Positions 1 through 12,808 are shown, numbered from the stretch's first letter. The stretch: DNA of 64,000 nt from Isurus oxyrinchus (GCA_026770705.1 JANJGN010000052.1:1116001-1180000), one strand, 5' to 3'. Translations and numbers: made by a program. Notes: generated by a model not told the origin, from the sequence alone.

Positions 1-741
1 GAATGTGTGCTTCAAGAATCACTTCATTGGCTGTGAATCAGTTTAGGATCGTCCTGAGGTGGTGAAAGGCGCTATGGAAATGCGAGACTTGCTTTTGTAT
101 TTTGAAAGCAGGTTTCCAAGGATGAGATGGGAACTGAGAGGTAACAACAATCAGCAGCAACTTTCCTATTTTCAAACTTGGTGGGGAATGTGTCACTGAG
201 CTGAATACACTTTCACTCCCAGACCCTTGAATTGCCAACACTGGGGTGTGGGTGATGGAGCAGCCCACAGCTCATGGAACCCTGGCTCATCATTCTCTCA
301 GAGATCTGGGTCACTGATCCCATTGCTCTCTGTGGGAGCTTCCTGTGTACAAACTCACTGCCACGTTAGTGACTATACTTCAAGAATTTCTTCATTTTCT
401 GTGAAATGATTTGAAGTTTGCTGAGGTGGTGTAAGGCGCTATAGGAATGCACATCCTTCTTTTGTCAAATTGTTAGACATTTCAAAAGCATTAGGGAGAC
501 TAATGGGAGTGGATAACCTGATAACATTGATGGACACAGTCAATATATTTAATCATTGATATTAAAGTGAGTAATAGAGGTTGCTTTAGGACTGAATTGG
601 AAGTTATCACCCGGTTATTGAGAATCAGACAGTCTGTTATAATAAACTGTATTTTGTGTTAATATGTAAACGTCACAGTTTGTGTTATTTCCCATTGAGT
701 GTTGTATGTGAATTGTTGAGTAATTATAACACAGCACTTAC

Positions 742-1110
742 CAGAAACGTGAAGCCGGGTTACAGGGTAATAGTTATGGCTCGGACCATTGTCAAATTCT
801 ATTCTGAAAAAATAAGGTCCCGCATCTTCCCGTCTGATGCTGTTTATAATCAGGGAACAGTCGCCATCTTTCAGGTCTCCAGACAGCCGGGTCCGATGGC
901 GGAACCGTGGTAACTCGTGACTGTGATCCTTGGAGTGAAAGGCAATGGGAGCCCGCAATTTGTATTTCTTAATATTTAACCAGATTCCGACTTGTCGTTT
1001 GTTTTCAAAATATGCTGGATAACTGTAATGACATGGAATCTGTACACACGAACCTTCCTGCGCTGTCACCTCTCGTGGAGTGTCACCTTTCCACTCTTGT
1101 AACAGTCCAA
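742..1110 (-). CDS. Siglec-like gene A, V-set (sialic-acid-binding) Ig exon; gene continues beyond the left edge of the window
   Basis: ctccccag/TTGG acceptor and TCTG/gtaagt donor; 369 nt, phase 1-1. Siglec hallmarks: GSCVQIPC, DCSL, GPYFFRIEF with the essential Arg. Confidence 0.9.
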
Positions 1111-2029
1111 CTGGGGAGAGAAATATCAATATTTAACCCTGGATCCTCATTGTTTAAGGAATCTCTGGATCTTCATTGTTTAATGAATCTCTTTGGATCC
1201 TCATTGCCTAAGGGATTATTTCTGATCCAAACCCCATATTGTTGTATTGTTGATTCCAATGCAGCATTGTAGACTGACTTGTCCCCAAGCTCAGCACTGA
1301 CCCTACTCCAGCAGACACTGTGAAACACACTAACAAAGCGCCTCTAGCCTGAGCTCTGCATGTGTCGAGAGAAAGACAAATATACAAACTGAATATTAAC
1401 ACCTTTACACACAGACAGCTTTACCTTCCTTCTCTCTTTCAGTTATCTTGCTCCCTTATTGAAGTATCTAGCAAGGTGAGAATGGACAGGAAGTGTGACA
1501 CTGAACAGCCTGTCTATTCTAGGAGCTGCTGTGTTGTCTTCATGGGAAATTCTGACTAAAATCAGCAATAGACACTAATTTCAGGCCATTGCTGTCAGAG
1601 TCCTAGCCACAAGATAGACTTCATCCCCTGAATTTTGTGTCCAATTTTATACTCAAACTTTCACCTCCGCACACACCCACCCCGACCCCACAAGTCACTC
1701 GCTGACCTACACTGGCTCCCAGTCCAGCAACACCTCGATGTGATTATTTTCACACTTGATTTCCAATCCCTCCATCACTCCGCTCCACTCCCTGTCTCTG
1801 TAACCTACTTCAAACCTACAACCCTCTGTGATCTCTGCACTCCTCCAATTCTGCTGTCAGACAGGGAGTCAGTGTATATCAGTGAGCACAGGGGTGATGG
1901 GTGAATGGGACTTGGTGTGAGTTTGTACACTGGCTCACTGCTGAATCAGTTGCCAATCACAGCTCAATAAGAATGATCTTTTACGAAGACTATTAACCAT
2001 CAATTTGCCCGAGCTGACGATGATATTAC

Positions 2030-2069
2030 CTTGGAGAAGTGACAGGAGGCAGTAATATTTCCCGATCAT
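2030..2069 (-). CDS. Gene A leader (signal peptide) exon, MIGKYYCLLSLLQ
   Basis: ATG in a short exon ending CAAG/gtaata; phase 1 joins the V exon in frame (LLQ-VGLLQEW); conserved across the gene copies. Confidence 0.8.
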
Positions 2070-2519
2070 CGTCCACTCCCAGATATTTCAACAGCTTCTC
2101 ACTCTCAAACTCTGAAAGAGAAAGGAGTTAATGAGACCTCACCTCTTGTCCGACAGCTCTCGAGGGATCAGAACTGCTTTTAGACAATGTCTTCACAGAC
2201 TAATTTGATTCTCTGTGGGATGATAGGTGTTCTGCAGAGAGTTACAAGGCTTTAAGAAAGAAAAACAATGAAGGACTTGCATTTCTATATCGCCTTTCAC
2301 CTGCTCAGGACACCCCAAAGCTCATGTCCCTGCTCTTCCCTCATCCCTTGAGCTAGAAAGATGTTCTGTACAACAGACTTGAGCCTCACACCCAGATCTC
2401 AATAATCAGTAGAAATCTTTCAAAGGCATCAATCATTGGAATCTGTCTTTATAAAGTCACAACATCAACAAAGGACGGTGTTGGTCGTGGAAGTGAATTC
2501 CAATCGTTCCGTTACTTAC

Positions 2520-2660
2520 CCAGGACCTGTCCGACTGCTCGCCTGGGGAGGAACTGCCCACACGCTCTGCTTGGGCTGAATGACCTCTTCCTGTGCTGCC
2601 CCCTCTGTGTATTTAGTGAGAAAGGGTTGATGTGTCTCTGTGAGACAAAATGGGGAAGTA
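2520..2660 (-). promoter_or_regulatory. Gene A putative promoter and non-coding first exon
   Basis: Block repeated upstream of all six leader exons; perfect GG/gtaagt donor; GGGGAAGT and CAGGAAG ETS-type sites. Confidence 0.6.
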
Positions 2661-2857
2661 GTAAAGGAGTGAATAAACAGGCATTAGGAATGAGTGCGTA
2701 ATTTCACAATGCGTTACAACAGAATCAAACTGTTGGCAATTCATCATGACTCTGTGATCTTTCTGTTTGCTGTTTGTTAACTTCAAATTTCTACCATGGC
2801 TCTGAGGGTTTATATTTAAAAATGCTGTTGGAGGATAAATACTAAGCATGTTCTGCA

Positions 2858-3520
2858 CTGTCAGAGGGTCAGTATTGTTGGAGTGCTACCCTGTCAGAGG
2901 GTCAGTACTGAGGGAGTGCTGCACTGTTGGCGCGTCAGTATTGAGGTGTGCTGCACTGATGGAGGATAAGCAGCGAGGGAGTGCTGCTCTGTTTGAGGGA
3001 CAGCTGTGAGGGAGTTCTGCACTGTCAGAGTGTTGGCACTGAGGGAGTGCTGCACTGTCGGCCGGTCAGAACTGAGGTAGTGCTGCACTGTTGGACGGTC
3101 TAAACTGAGAGAGTGCTGCACCCGTTGGAGGGTCTGAACTGAGGGAGTGCTGCACTGCTGGAGGGTCTAAACTGAGGGAGTGCTGCAGTGTCGGAAGGTC
3201 TGAACTGAGGGAGTGCTGCACTGTTGGAAGGTATAAACTGAGGGATTGCTGCACTGTAGGAGGTTCTAAACTGACGGAGTGCTGCACTGTCGGAAGGTCT
3301 GAACTGAGGGAGTGCTGCACTGCTGGAGGGTCTGAACTGAGGGAGTGCTGCACTGTTGGAGGGTCTAAACTGAGGGAGTGCTGCACTGTTGGAGGGTCTG
3401 AACTGAGGGAGTGCTGCACTGCTGGAGGGTCTAAACTGAGGGAGTGCTGCACTGTTGGAGGGTCTAAACTGAGGGAGTGCTGCACTGTTGGAGGGTCTGA
3501 ACAGAGGGATTGCTGCACTG
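2858..3520. repeat. 33-bp tandem satellite (ACAGTGCAGCACTCCCTCAGTACTGACCCTCCG family)
   Basis: Directly visible 33-nt periodicity; the same family occurs in at least nine arrays in the window. Confidence 0.95.
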
Positions 3521-4224
3521 TCTAAAATACATTGCGCAAATTGCACAAAATTGCATCTGATGTCAGTGTCTGATGCACACATGAAGTTCATGCATTTATC
3601 AGGAATATTTCTCTCTCTTTCTGAGCAGCAAGGCAGCTTTGATATCACACCACCTACTGGCAATTGTGTGCAGCTGCAATGTGACGTGTTTACATTGAAA
3701 ATTTCCATTATAAAGATGGGCACAGGAATTCATCTGACTGGAAAAAGTGACAACATGAAGTAATGTCTTTGAGCCAAGAATCTGGCAGCAAAATAAGAAT
3801 TTTAATCCATAAATATCTACAGAACAGGCTGAGCATTTTAATCACTTGAGTAAATCAATGTAATTTTATTCATAACCCAAATGCTTCTTACAATCTATCG
3901 CAGCATGAAAAAGGTGCAGCATTCAGAAAGCACATTCCAATCAGAGAACAGAGTTTAGCAACGTCACATTTCTGTTCATTCCTATTCGACCATGTTGGCT
4001 GCACACAGCCAGACAATGCCGTGGTTATGATGTGTCCACACAGCAGGACTGGGGAGCACCAGGTATAAGGAAAAGTTTCAGCTTGCTGAGGAGAAGAAGG
4101 AGAATCTCTCGTTCCAGGTTTCTCTCCGTACATTAAGAAGCAGGCATGCCGATGTTTCATTGCACTCTGTCTGCTGATGGGAGACAGCTTGGAAATTGTT
4201 GTTTGTGCTGATGGAAAGAATAAG

Positions 4225-4825
4225 CTTTTCATAAATCGAGGGATTGAATACAAACACAGGGAGGTTATGCTGAACATTTATAAAGCTCTGGTTAGGTCAC
4301 AACTAGAGTATTGTGTCCAGTTCTGGTCTCCCCACTTTGGTAAGGCAGTGAGGGTCCTTGAGAGGGTGGGGAGGAGATTGAGCAGAATGGGTCCAGGGAT
4401 GAGGGATTTTAGCTACAAGGTTGGGTTGGAGAAGCTGGGGTTGTTCTCCTTGGAGCAAAGGAGATTGAGGGGGGGATCTGATCGAGGTGTACAAGATGAT
4501 GATGGGTTTAGATAATGTAGACAAAGACAAGCTGTTGCCATTAGCTGATGGGACAAGGACTGGGGGACACAGATTGAAGGTTTTGGGCAGAGGGGGATGT
4601 GAGGACGAACGTTTTTACACAGCGAGTGGTAATGAGCTGGAATTCGCTGCCTACGAGGATGGTGGAAGTGGAGACGATGAACGATTTCAAAAGGAAATTG
4701 GATGGACACTTGAGGGGAAATAAACTCACAGGGATACAGGGATAGAGCGGGGGAATGGGACTGACTGGATTGCTCTACAGAGAGACAGCATGGACTCAAT
4801 GGGCTGAATGGGCTCCCACTGTGCT
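4225..4825 (+). mobile_element. CR1-type LINE 3' fragment
   Basis: RT C-terminal peptide YKALVRSQLEYCVQFWSP...LGLFSLEQRRLRG followed by the gggctgaatgg 3' tail. Confidence 0.9.
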
Positions 4826-4947
4826 GGAATGCCTCTCTGATACGAAGGTGATTCTAACCAGGACACTGACCAGTTTCTTTACTATTTAACCCAAAATCAC
4901 ACGTTATTTGTCCGCACTGACTGACCAGATTGTTGCTGTACAAAGCT

Positions 4948-5087
4948 TCAAACAGTCTGTCGACTTCCTTTCACTGTTTGTCTCTCCCAGACACAGACTC
5001 CAGCGATAGTGATAACCACAGCCACAAGGAATATCACAGCTCGTATTCCCAGGATCAGGATCACGTGCAGAATCTCTCCTCCACTGT
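4948..5087 (-). CDS. Gene B terminal exon: activating-type TM with Arg plus short tail, (Y)SGGEILHVILILGIRAVIFLVAVVITIAGVCVWERQTVKGSRQTV*
   Basis: ttctctag/AC acceptor in phase 1, matching the preceding Ig exon; long hydrophobic run containing one Arg; stop after 12 cytoplasmic residues; same peptide at 28719-28858. This frame is not in the ORF track. Confidence 0.85.
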
Positions 5088-5469
5088 CTAGAGAACACAC
5101 AGAAAGAAATCATCACTGACTCTCCGCTTTCAATCTCTCACTCTGGCTGAACAATCAAGCTTCATATCACTGCAACATTTGCTGTAATATTGGCCCATCC
5201 ACTGGGATTCAATGTGGAATGAATGTTTTCATTGTAAACACTCTAAGAGTGGACAATCGGAACTTTCCCCTTAGCGTGGAACATTGGTGAGAATGGATCA
5301 TTGTGCTGTTGGACTCCCTGTCCAATGTTTCTCTCCATCGCTGTGTACAGGATTGTGCTGTAGAAAATTCTGGAAACGTTTAGTGCAGGGTGGAAATCCA
5401 TCTCGGACGCGTGTGCAAATCAGGCAGGATCGAGATGGACTCCCCCATGAACTTACACCCCCCGCTTAA

Positions 5470-5850
5470 TAAACAGTTCCAATCTTTACCCAGAGAGAGG
5501 GGAGAATGTGGAACTCGCTCCCACTGGGAGTGGTCGAGGTGAACAGTATCAATGTATTTAAGGGGCAGGAGGGTCGGTAACCAGAGGGACACAGATTGAT
5601 GAACCGGAGGGGGAGATGAGGAGAATTTGTTTTGACAGAGCGAGTTGTTGTGATCTGGAAGGTGCTGCCTGAAAGGGCAGTGGAAGCAGATTCAACAGGA
5701 ACTTTCAAATGGGAAATTGGATAAACACTTGAAGGAAGAAGATGGGGGCAAAGTGGAGTGGTGGTTAGTGGATCTGATTGGATAGAACATTGAAAGACCT
5801 GGCACAGGCACAATGGGCTGAATGGCCTCCTCCTGTGCTGTATCATTCTC
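5470..5850 (+). mobile_element. CR1-type LINE 3' tail fragments
   Basis: Degenerate RT C-terminus (FVLTERVVVIWKVLPERAVEA-like) and gggctgaatggcctcctcctgtgctg tail; mirrored at 27960-28335. Confidence 0.7.
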
Positions 5851-6752
5851 CGCTTCCATGATCTCTCCCCCAGTTAGTAACCACTCCAGATCCCTCTTGA
5901 AGGTGACAGAGAGACAGCAACCACCACACCCACTGACAGCACATTCCCGAGGATCCCTACTCTCTGGGAAAAGATGAACTCCCCAACATCCAGCCTATTC
6001 CTGCTTCCTGGAGAGTGTAAACCCTTCCCAGAGCGCGGATGAACCTTTCAATAAACTGTATCATCAAATCTCCCGTTTGATATATGTTAATTTCGATGAA
6101 CTTACACCATATGTAGCAAATTGTGAAGTGAAGTTGGCTGAAAAGCTGGGAGGTGCAAGCTTAAGCACCACAGTGCCACCACTGGTGGGAGGATGTAAAG
6201 ACAGTGTGACGTTTACATAGGATGCCCCCATTATAAACAGGGTCATTGGACATGATGGCAAAACTGAACACTGGAAAGGTGAGAAAAAGAAGTAAGCTCT
6301 TCACTAACAGGAAATCCCTTCCTAAACTTCCTTATCTCTCCCTTTCTCTCAGATACACAAAAAATTTGACACAGGGACTTATAAGGAGGAGTTAGGACAG
6401 GCAAGAGTTACGGATTAGGAAGCTTCTTAAAGGAGGAGAGAGATACACAGAGAGGTGGGGAGTATCAGTTGGAATCTTTGTGCATGTGAGTTTCTGGAAT
6501 AGACTTTGTAATTTGGATATTCTTCGATAAATATGAATGGGAACACATATCCCAGAATCCAGGAGAACTCTCCAGTGCAGTACTGAGTTTGTGTGTGAGT
6601 GTGTCTTTCTGTGTGCTCATGAGTGTGGGATTGTGTGTGTGCATGCACTTTGGGTCTGTACATTTGTGAGTGCTTGTGTGTGTGTGCGTGGGAGAGCATC
6701 TGAGTATATGTGTTCGGAGATGAGAGAAATTTTAAAGTCTGTGTACACTCAC

Positions 6753-7034
6753 ATTCCACAGTAATGGTTAGGAACCCCTCCACTGCTCCATGTTCATTCT
6801 CTGCCACACACTGATATTCTCCAGTATCCCTGGATGTAACGTGAGGAATCACCAACCACAGCTCATTGTTGGAACTTGTTCTGTTCATTGGGACATTAAG
6901 ATGTCGCCACATCAGGTTAGAAGCTGGGAAGCTCTCGACAGAGCAGATTATCACTGTAGAATTCCCCTCAATTATATTGATCGATGAAGCGTTAATCATA
7001 TCTGGAGAAGTAATTGAGAGATTCCGTGGTGCGT
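6753..7034 (-). CDS. Gene B third Ig (C2/I-type) exon
   Basis: ttttag/ACGC acceptor and GAAT/gtgagt donor; 282 nt; ICSVESFPASNLMW...DTGEYQCVAENEHG. Confidence 0.9.
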
Positions 7035-7149
7035 CTAAAAACAAATACAGATCAGTTAACTTACACTGACTGTGAAGCACTTTGAAAGACACTGAGAATG
7101 TGAAAGGTGTGATGTCAATGTAGGTTCTTTCACCACATAGTCCGTAATC

Positions 7150-7510
7150 CAGGCAGACACTTCAGTTCAGTATTGAGGGCGTGCTGCACTGTCAGAGGGT
7201 CAGTACTGAGGGAGTGCTGCACTGTCAGAGAGTCAGTACTGAGGGAGTGCTGCACTGCCAGAGGTTCAGTGCTGAGGGAGTGCTGCACTGTCAGAGGGTC
7301 AGTCCTGAGGGAGTGCAGCACTGTAGGAGGGACAGTACTGTGGGAGTGCTGCACTGTAGGAGGGTTACTGCTGAGGTAAAACTGCACAGTCAGAGCGTCA
7401 GTTCTGATTGACCAGTGCAATGTTGGAGGAGCACTACTGAGGGATCATTATACTATTAGAGAGACAGTAATGAGGGAGTGCTGCACTGTAGAAGGGTCAG
7501 TGCTGAGGAG
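7150..7510. repeat. 33-bp satellite array
   Basis: Tandem 33-nt units. Confidence 0.9.
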
Positions 7511-7545
7511 GCAAAAACGCTGTTATGTGTGTACTATAGGCCTCC

Positions 7546-8057
7546 TGTGATAATGTGGAGTGCCAGGTACCTTTAAGAGAATACAAGTGGATAAACCATG
7601 TGACAGTACTGACCAATCACTGGACAGTGTGGGCCACTGGTTAACTGTAAGTCTAGAGCTGGAGGTGGCTGTGGGAGCAGGCAAGGATTTAGTGCTCTGC
7701 CCTCTGTTACAATAAATAATCAGCTTGTTCTAATGTCGGTCTCTCTTGGTTATTGATAGCGAGCATCAGCTAAGAATAACTCAACAGGTCTGGCAGCATC
7801 GGGGGAGAAGAAAAGAGTTGATGTTTCGAGTCCTCATGACCCTTTGACAGAACTGAGGTCATGAGGACTCGAAACGTCAACACTTTTCTTCTCCGCCGAT
7901 GCTGCCAGACCTGCTGAGTTTTTCCAGGTAATTCTGTTTTTGTTTTGGATTTCCAGCATCCGCAGTTTTTTTGTTTTTATCAACTAACAAGTGTATGTGA
8001 AGGAGTGCAATTCGAATTTAATCAACCAGTGAACTCATAGACTCAAGATATAAAACC
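7546..8057 (+). mobile_element. Solo LTR of a Gypsy-type element, inserted in a CR1 endonuclease region and itself interrupted by a Penelope-like hairpin
   Basis: Homologous to both LTRs of the element at 37738-39725; splits CR1 sequence tactataggcctcc...aaacagtcagggagag. Confidence 0.7.
7765..7980. mobile_element. Penelope-like inverted-repeat (hairpin) remnant
   Basis: Inverted arms caggtctggcagcatc / gatgctgccagacctg; related copies at 18700-18915 and 59736-59870; degenerate hammerhead core in the arms; absent from the paralogous LTR in gene E. Confidence 0.65.
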
Positions 8058-8059
8058 AA

Positions 8060-9765
8060 CAAACAGTCAGGGAGAGATGGACAATCCAACATGTGATCAC
8101 ATTTCAGAGATGTGTAAGAATAACAAAGCAGTAATACTCAGGGATTTTAGCTACCCAAATATTAACTGGGACAGCTTTAGTGAGCAAGGTAGGGAGGGAG
8201 AAAAATTCTGAAGTTGCATCCAGGAGAAGATTTTTAGCCTGTGCATAGAAAGCTCAACAAGGGAGGGGACAGTTCTGGACCTAATATATGGAAAAGCGCC
8301 GGGGAAGTTGGAAAGCGTATCAGTAGGGGAGATAGTGACTGGAACTCAATTGGATTTAGGACAGTTATGGAGAAGGATAAGTTTGTGCTGGGAATAAAAA
8401 TTCTAAACTGGGGAAAGGCTAATTTTACTAAGATGAGATATGATTGGGCCCAAGTGGACTGGGAGAAGCTCTTTGCAGATAAAACTGTGTCAGAGCAGTG
8501 GGAGGCATTCAAGGAGGGAATAGCGAGAGTACAGAGCAGATATCTTCCTGCAAAGACAAAGAGGGAGACCAAGTCTGGAGAACCCTGGAAGACAAGGAAC
8601 ATAAAGGTTTGGATTGAGAAAAAAGAGAAGCTTATGGCAGATACTGAGGGCTCAATACAGCAGAGTCCCTAGAGGAGTATAAATAGTGCAGAGGGGAACT
8701 GAAAAAGGACATTAGGAAAGATAAGAGAGTGCATGAGAAAGCACTGGTGGGTAGAATAAAGCAAAACCCAGAGGGGTTTTTTAAATATGTAAAGAGCAGG
8801 AGAATAACTCGGGAAAGAGTGGGGCTGATTAGGGACCATCGAGGTAATGTGTGTGTGGACCTGGAAGACGTGGGTACAGTCCTCAATGAATACTTTGCAT
8901 CAGTCTTCGCAATGGAAAAGGATGATGCAGGTATAACATCAGGGTGGAGGACAGTGAAATATGAGAGGAAATTAACACAGAGAGAGGAGGTACTAGTGGG
9001 TTTAGCGGCCTGAAAAGTGGATAAATCCACAAGCCCAGATGAGATGAATCCAAAGCTGTTGAGGGAGGCAAGGGGAGAGATATCAGGGGCCCTGGCAGTA
9101 ATTTTCAAATCCTCTCTGGCCACAGGTGAGGTGCCAGAGGACTGCAGGATGGCTAATGTTGTCCCATTATTAAAAAAGGGAGGAAGGGATAGATCAGGAA
9201 ATTACAGGCCAGTCAGTCTAACCTCGGTGGTGGGGAAGTTACTAGTAAGAATTCTGAAGGACAGAATGAATCTGCACTGGGAGAGACAAGGATTAATCTG
9301 GGATATTCAGCATGGATTTGTTAAGGGAAGGTCATGTTTGACAAACCTGATCAAATCTTTTGAGGAGGTAACCAGGAGTGTTGATGAGAGTAATGCCTTT
9401 GATGTGGTCGACATGGGCTGAGGAAGGCATTTGATAAGGTGCCTCTTGGCAGAGAGGCCAAGAAAGTAAGAGCCCATGGGATCCAAGGCAAAGTGGCACG
9501 TTGGATCCAATATTGGCTGAGGCAGGAAGCAGAGGGTGATGGTGGAGGGATGTTTCTGTGACTGGATGTCTGTTTCCAGTGGGGTTCCACAGGGCTCAGT
9601 GCTGGGGCACTTGCTGTTTGTGGTGTATATAAATGAATTGGACTTATATAAAGGGGGAACGATCAAGACGCAAATGGAATTCAACCTGGAAATATGTGAG
9701 GTGATGCACTTGGGGAGGGAGTTGCTGACCAGCATGGACATGATGGGCTAAATGGCCTCCTTCTG
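8060..9765 (+). mobile_element. CR1-type LINE ORF2 remnant (endonuclease-RT), disrupted
   Basis: GNYRPVSLTSVVGKLL, QHGFVKGRSCLTNL, SGVPQGSVLG motifs with stops and frameshifts; near-identical inverted copy at 36035-37735. Confidence 0.92.
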
Positions 9766-9962
9766 TCTATGTGTCTATGAGTCTATGAGTCCATGATGCA
9801 CTGTCGGAGAGTCAGTATTAAGGATGTACTGCCTGTCAGGGGTCACTTTTTACCAGTGAAACACCAATGGTTTGTTGGTAAACAAAGTGCTGTATGTGGG
9901 AGCTTGCTGTGCACATTTGATACTATTCCAGCTAACGTAGAATGAAGGATGTCCATACTTAC

Positions 9963-10259
9963 ATTGCACCGTTAGTACGAGGGTCTGCTCCGATGAAACA
10001 GATGGATATCTCACTCTGCAGCTGAGAGTGTGTCCGTGGTGTTTGAGTGATGGGATCAGGGTCAGAACAGAAGTATAGGTCAGAGTGACACCATGCTGAG
10101 TTACAGTGTTTGAGACTGATCCACGTACGTCAGTGGGAGTGTCCCAGGTTAAGACAGGTGCTGCTGTTCCATTGCACGTTGTGTTGAAGGTGCAGCTTAC
10201 ATCCACACGCTTTCCTGCAATAATTTCAGCAGGGAATATCGTGGGTTTATCTGTGAAAT
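9963..10259 (-). CDS. Gene B second Ig (C2-set) exon
   Basis: gttag/ATTTCACAG acceptor and CAAT/gtaagt donor; 297 nt; DFTDKP...SCTFNTTC (extra Cys for the Siglec inter-domain disulfide)...LSCRVRY. Confidence 0.9.
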
Positions 10260-11574
10260 CTAACACACAGAGAATGGATCCTTTTAGAGAAATATAACGT
10301 GAAGCATCAGTTCAAATAGAAACCACAGTCCCACAAGAGAAAGCACTTTTACAAGGATGATATCAGAACTGAGAGGTTACAATGATCATTAAAGAATTGT
10401 CTATTTTTACACTTGTTGAATCTCTGTCACTCAGATTAATACACTCTCACTCAGTGACCCTTGATTTGACCAGACTGGGTGAGGGTGGAGGAACAGCTCA
10501 CAGCTCGGGGAGAACAGACTCAGCATTTGGAAAAGGATATAGAGACACTGGAGAGGGTGGTAAAAAGCTTCACAAGGATGATCTCAGCAATGTGAGGCTT
10601 TACCTATCAGGAGAGGATGTACAGGCTGGGTCTCTGTTCTCTTGAACAGAGAAGGTTGAGGGGTGACCTCATTTGACCTTTGAAGTAATGAAAGGTTTTG
10701 ATCGAGTAGACATGGAGAGAGTGTTTCCACTCCTCACAATGAACAAAACCAGAGGCTGACAATATAACATCCTCACTAATAAATCCAATGGGGAATTCAG
10801 GAGAAACTTCTTTACCCAGAGAGTGGGGAGAATGTGTGCTTCAAGAATCACTTCATTGACTGTGAATTGATTTAGGATCGTCCTGAGGTGGTGAAAGGCG
10901 CTATGGAAATGCGAGACTTGGTTTTGTATTTTGAAAGCAGGTTTCCAAGGATGAGATGGGAACTGAGAGGTCACAACAATCAGCAGCAACTTTCCTATTT
11001 TCAAACTTGGTGGGGAATGTGTCACTGAGCTGAATACACTTTCACTCCCAGACCCTTGAATTGCCAACACTGGGGTGTGGGTGATGGAGCAGCCCACAGC
11101 TCATGGAACCCTGGCTCATCATTCTCTCAAAGATCTGGGTCACTGATCCCATTGCTCTCTGTGGGAGCTTCCTGTGAACAAACTCACTGCCACGTTAGAC
11201 AGTGACTATACTTCAAGAATTTCTTCATTTTCTGTGAAATGATTTGAAGTTTGCTGAGGTGGTGTAAGGCGCTATAGGAATGCACATCCTTCTTTTGTCA
11301 AATTGTTAGACTTTTAAAAAGCATTAGGTAGACTGATGGGAGTGGATAACCTGATAACATTGATGGACACAGTCAATACATTTAATCATTGATATTAAAG
11401 TGAGTATTAGAGGTTGCTTTAGGACTGAACTGGAAGTTATCACCCGGTTATTGAGAATCAGACAGTGTGTTATAATAAGCTGTGTTTTGTGTTAATATGT
11501 AAACGTCACAGTTTGTGTTATTTCCCATTGAGTGTTGAATGTGAATTGTTGAGTAATTATAACACAGCACTTAC

Positions 11575-11943
11575 CAGAAACGTGAAGCTGGGTTACAGGG
11601 TAATAGTTATGGCTCGGACCATTGTCAAATTCTATTCTGAAAAAATAAGGTCCTTCATCGTCCCGTCTGATGTTGTTTATAATCAGGGAACAGTCGCCAT
11701 CTTTCAGGTCTCCAGACAGCCGGGTCCGATGGCGGAACCGTGGTAACTCGTGACTGTGATCCTTGGAGTGAAAGGCAATGGGAGCCCAGGGAATCTGTTC
11801 CTCATTATTAAACCAGACTCCACCTCGCGGTTGGTTTTCCAGACACGATGGATAACTGTAATGACATGGAATCTGTACACACGAACCTTCCTGCGCTGTC
11901 ACCTCTCGTGGAGTTTCACCTTTCCACTCTTGTGACAGTCCAA
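11575..11943 (-). CDS. Gene B V-set Ig exon
   Basis: ccacag/TTGG acceptor, gtaagt donor; 369 nt open; YFFRIE Arg present; additional Cys in YPSCLE. Confidence 0.88.
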
Positions 11944-12808
11944 CTGTGGAGAGAAATATCAATATTTAACCCTGGATCCTCATTGTCTAAGGGATTATTT
12001 CTGATCCAAACCCCATATTGTTGTATTGTTGATTCCGATGCAGCATTGTAGACTGACTTGTCCCCAAGCTCAGCACTGACCCTACTCCAGCAGAGACTGT
12101 GAAACACACTAACAAAGCGCCTCTAGCTTGAGCTCTGCCTGTGTCAAGAGCAAAGACAAATATACAAACTGAATATTAACACCTTTACACACGGACAGCT
12201 TTACCTTCCTTCTCTCTTTCAGTTATCTTGCTCCCTTATTGAAGTTTCTAGCATGGTGAGAATGGACAGGAAGTGTGACACTGAACAGCCTGTCTATTCT
12301 GGGAGCTGCTGTGTTGTCTTCATGGGAAATTCTGACTAAAATCAGCAAAAGACACTAATTTCAGGCCATTGCTGTCAGAGTCCTCGCCACAAGATAGACT
12401 TCATCCCCTGAATTTTGTGTCCAATTTTCCACTCAAGCTTTCACCTCCGCACACACCCACCCCGACCCCACAAGTCACTCGCTGACCTACACTGGCTCCC
12501 AGTCCAACAACACCTCGATGTGATTATTTTCACACTTGATTTCCAATCCCTCCATCACTCCGCTCCACTCCCTGTCTCTGTAACCTACTCAAACCTACAA
12601 CCCTCTGTGATCTCTGCACTCCCCCAATTCTGCTGTCAGACAGGGAGTCAGTGTATATCAGGGAGCACAGGGGTGATGGGTGAATGGGACTTGGTGTGAG
12701 TTTGTGCACTGGGTCACTGCTGAATTGGTTCCGAATCACAGCTCAATAAGAATGATCTTTTACGAAGACTATTAACCATAAATCTGTCTGAGCTGACGAT
12801 GATATTAC

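Noticed and set aside
4904-5116. ORF MMISFCVFSRQWRRD... (also 28690-28902)
   Set aside because: Wrong frame of the activating TM exon; the splice phase selects the hydrophobic frame.
10669-11097. ORF MGCSITHTPVLAIQ... conserved in three places
   Set aside because: Intronic sequence carried by the recent duplications, partly antisense LINE; no splice signals or recognisable domain.
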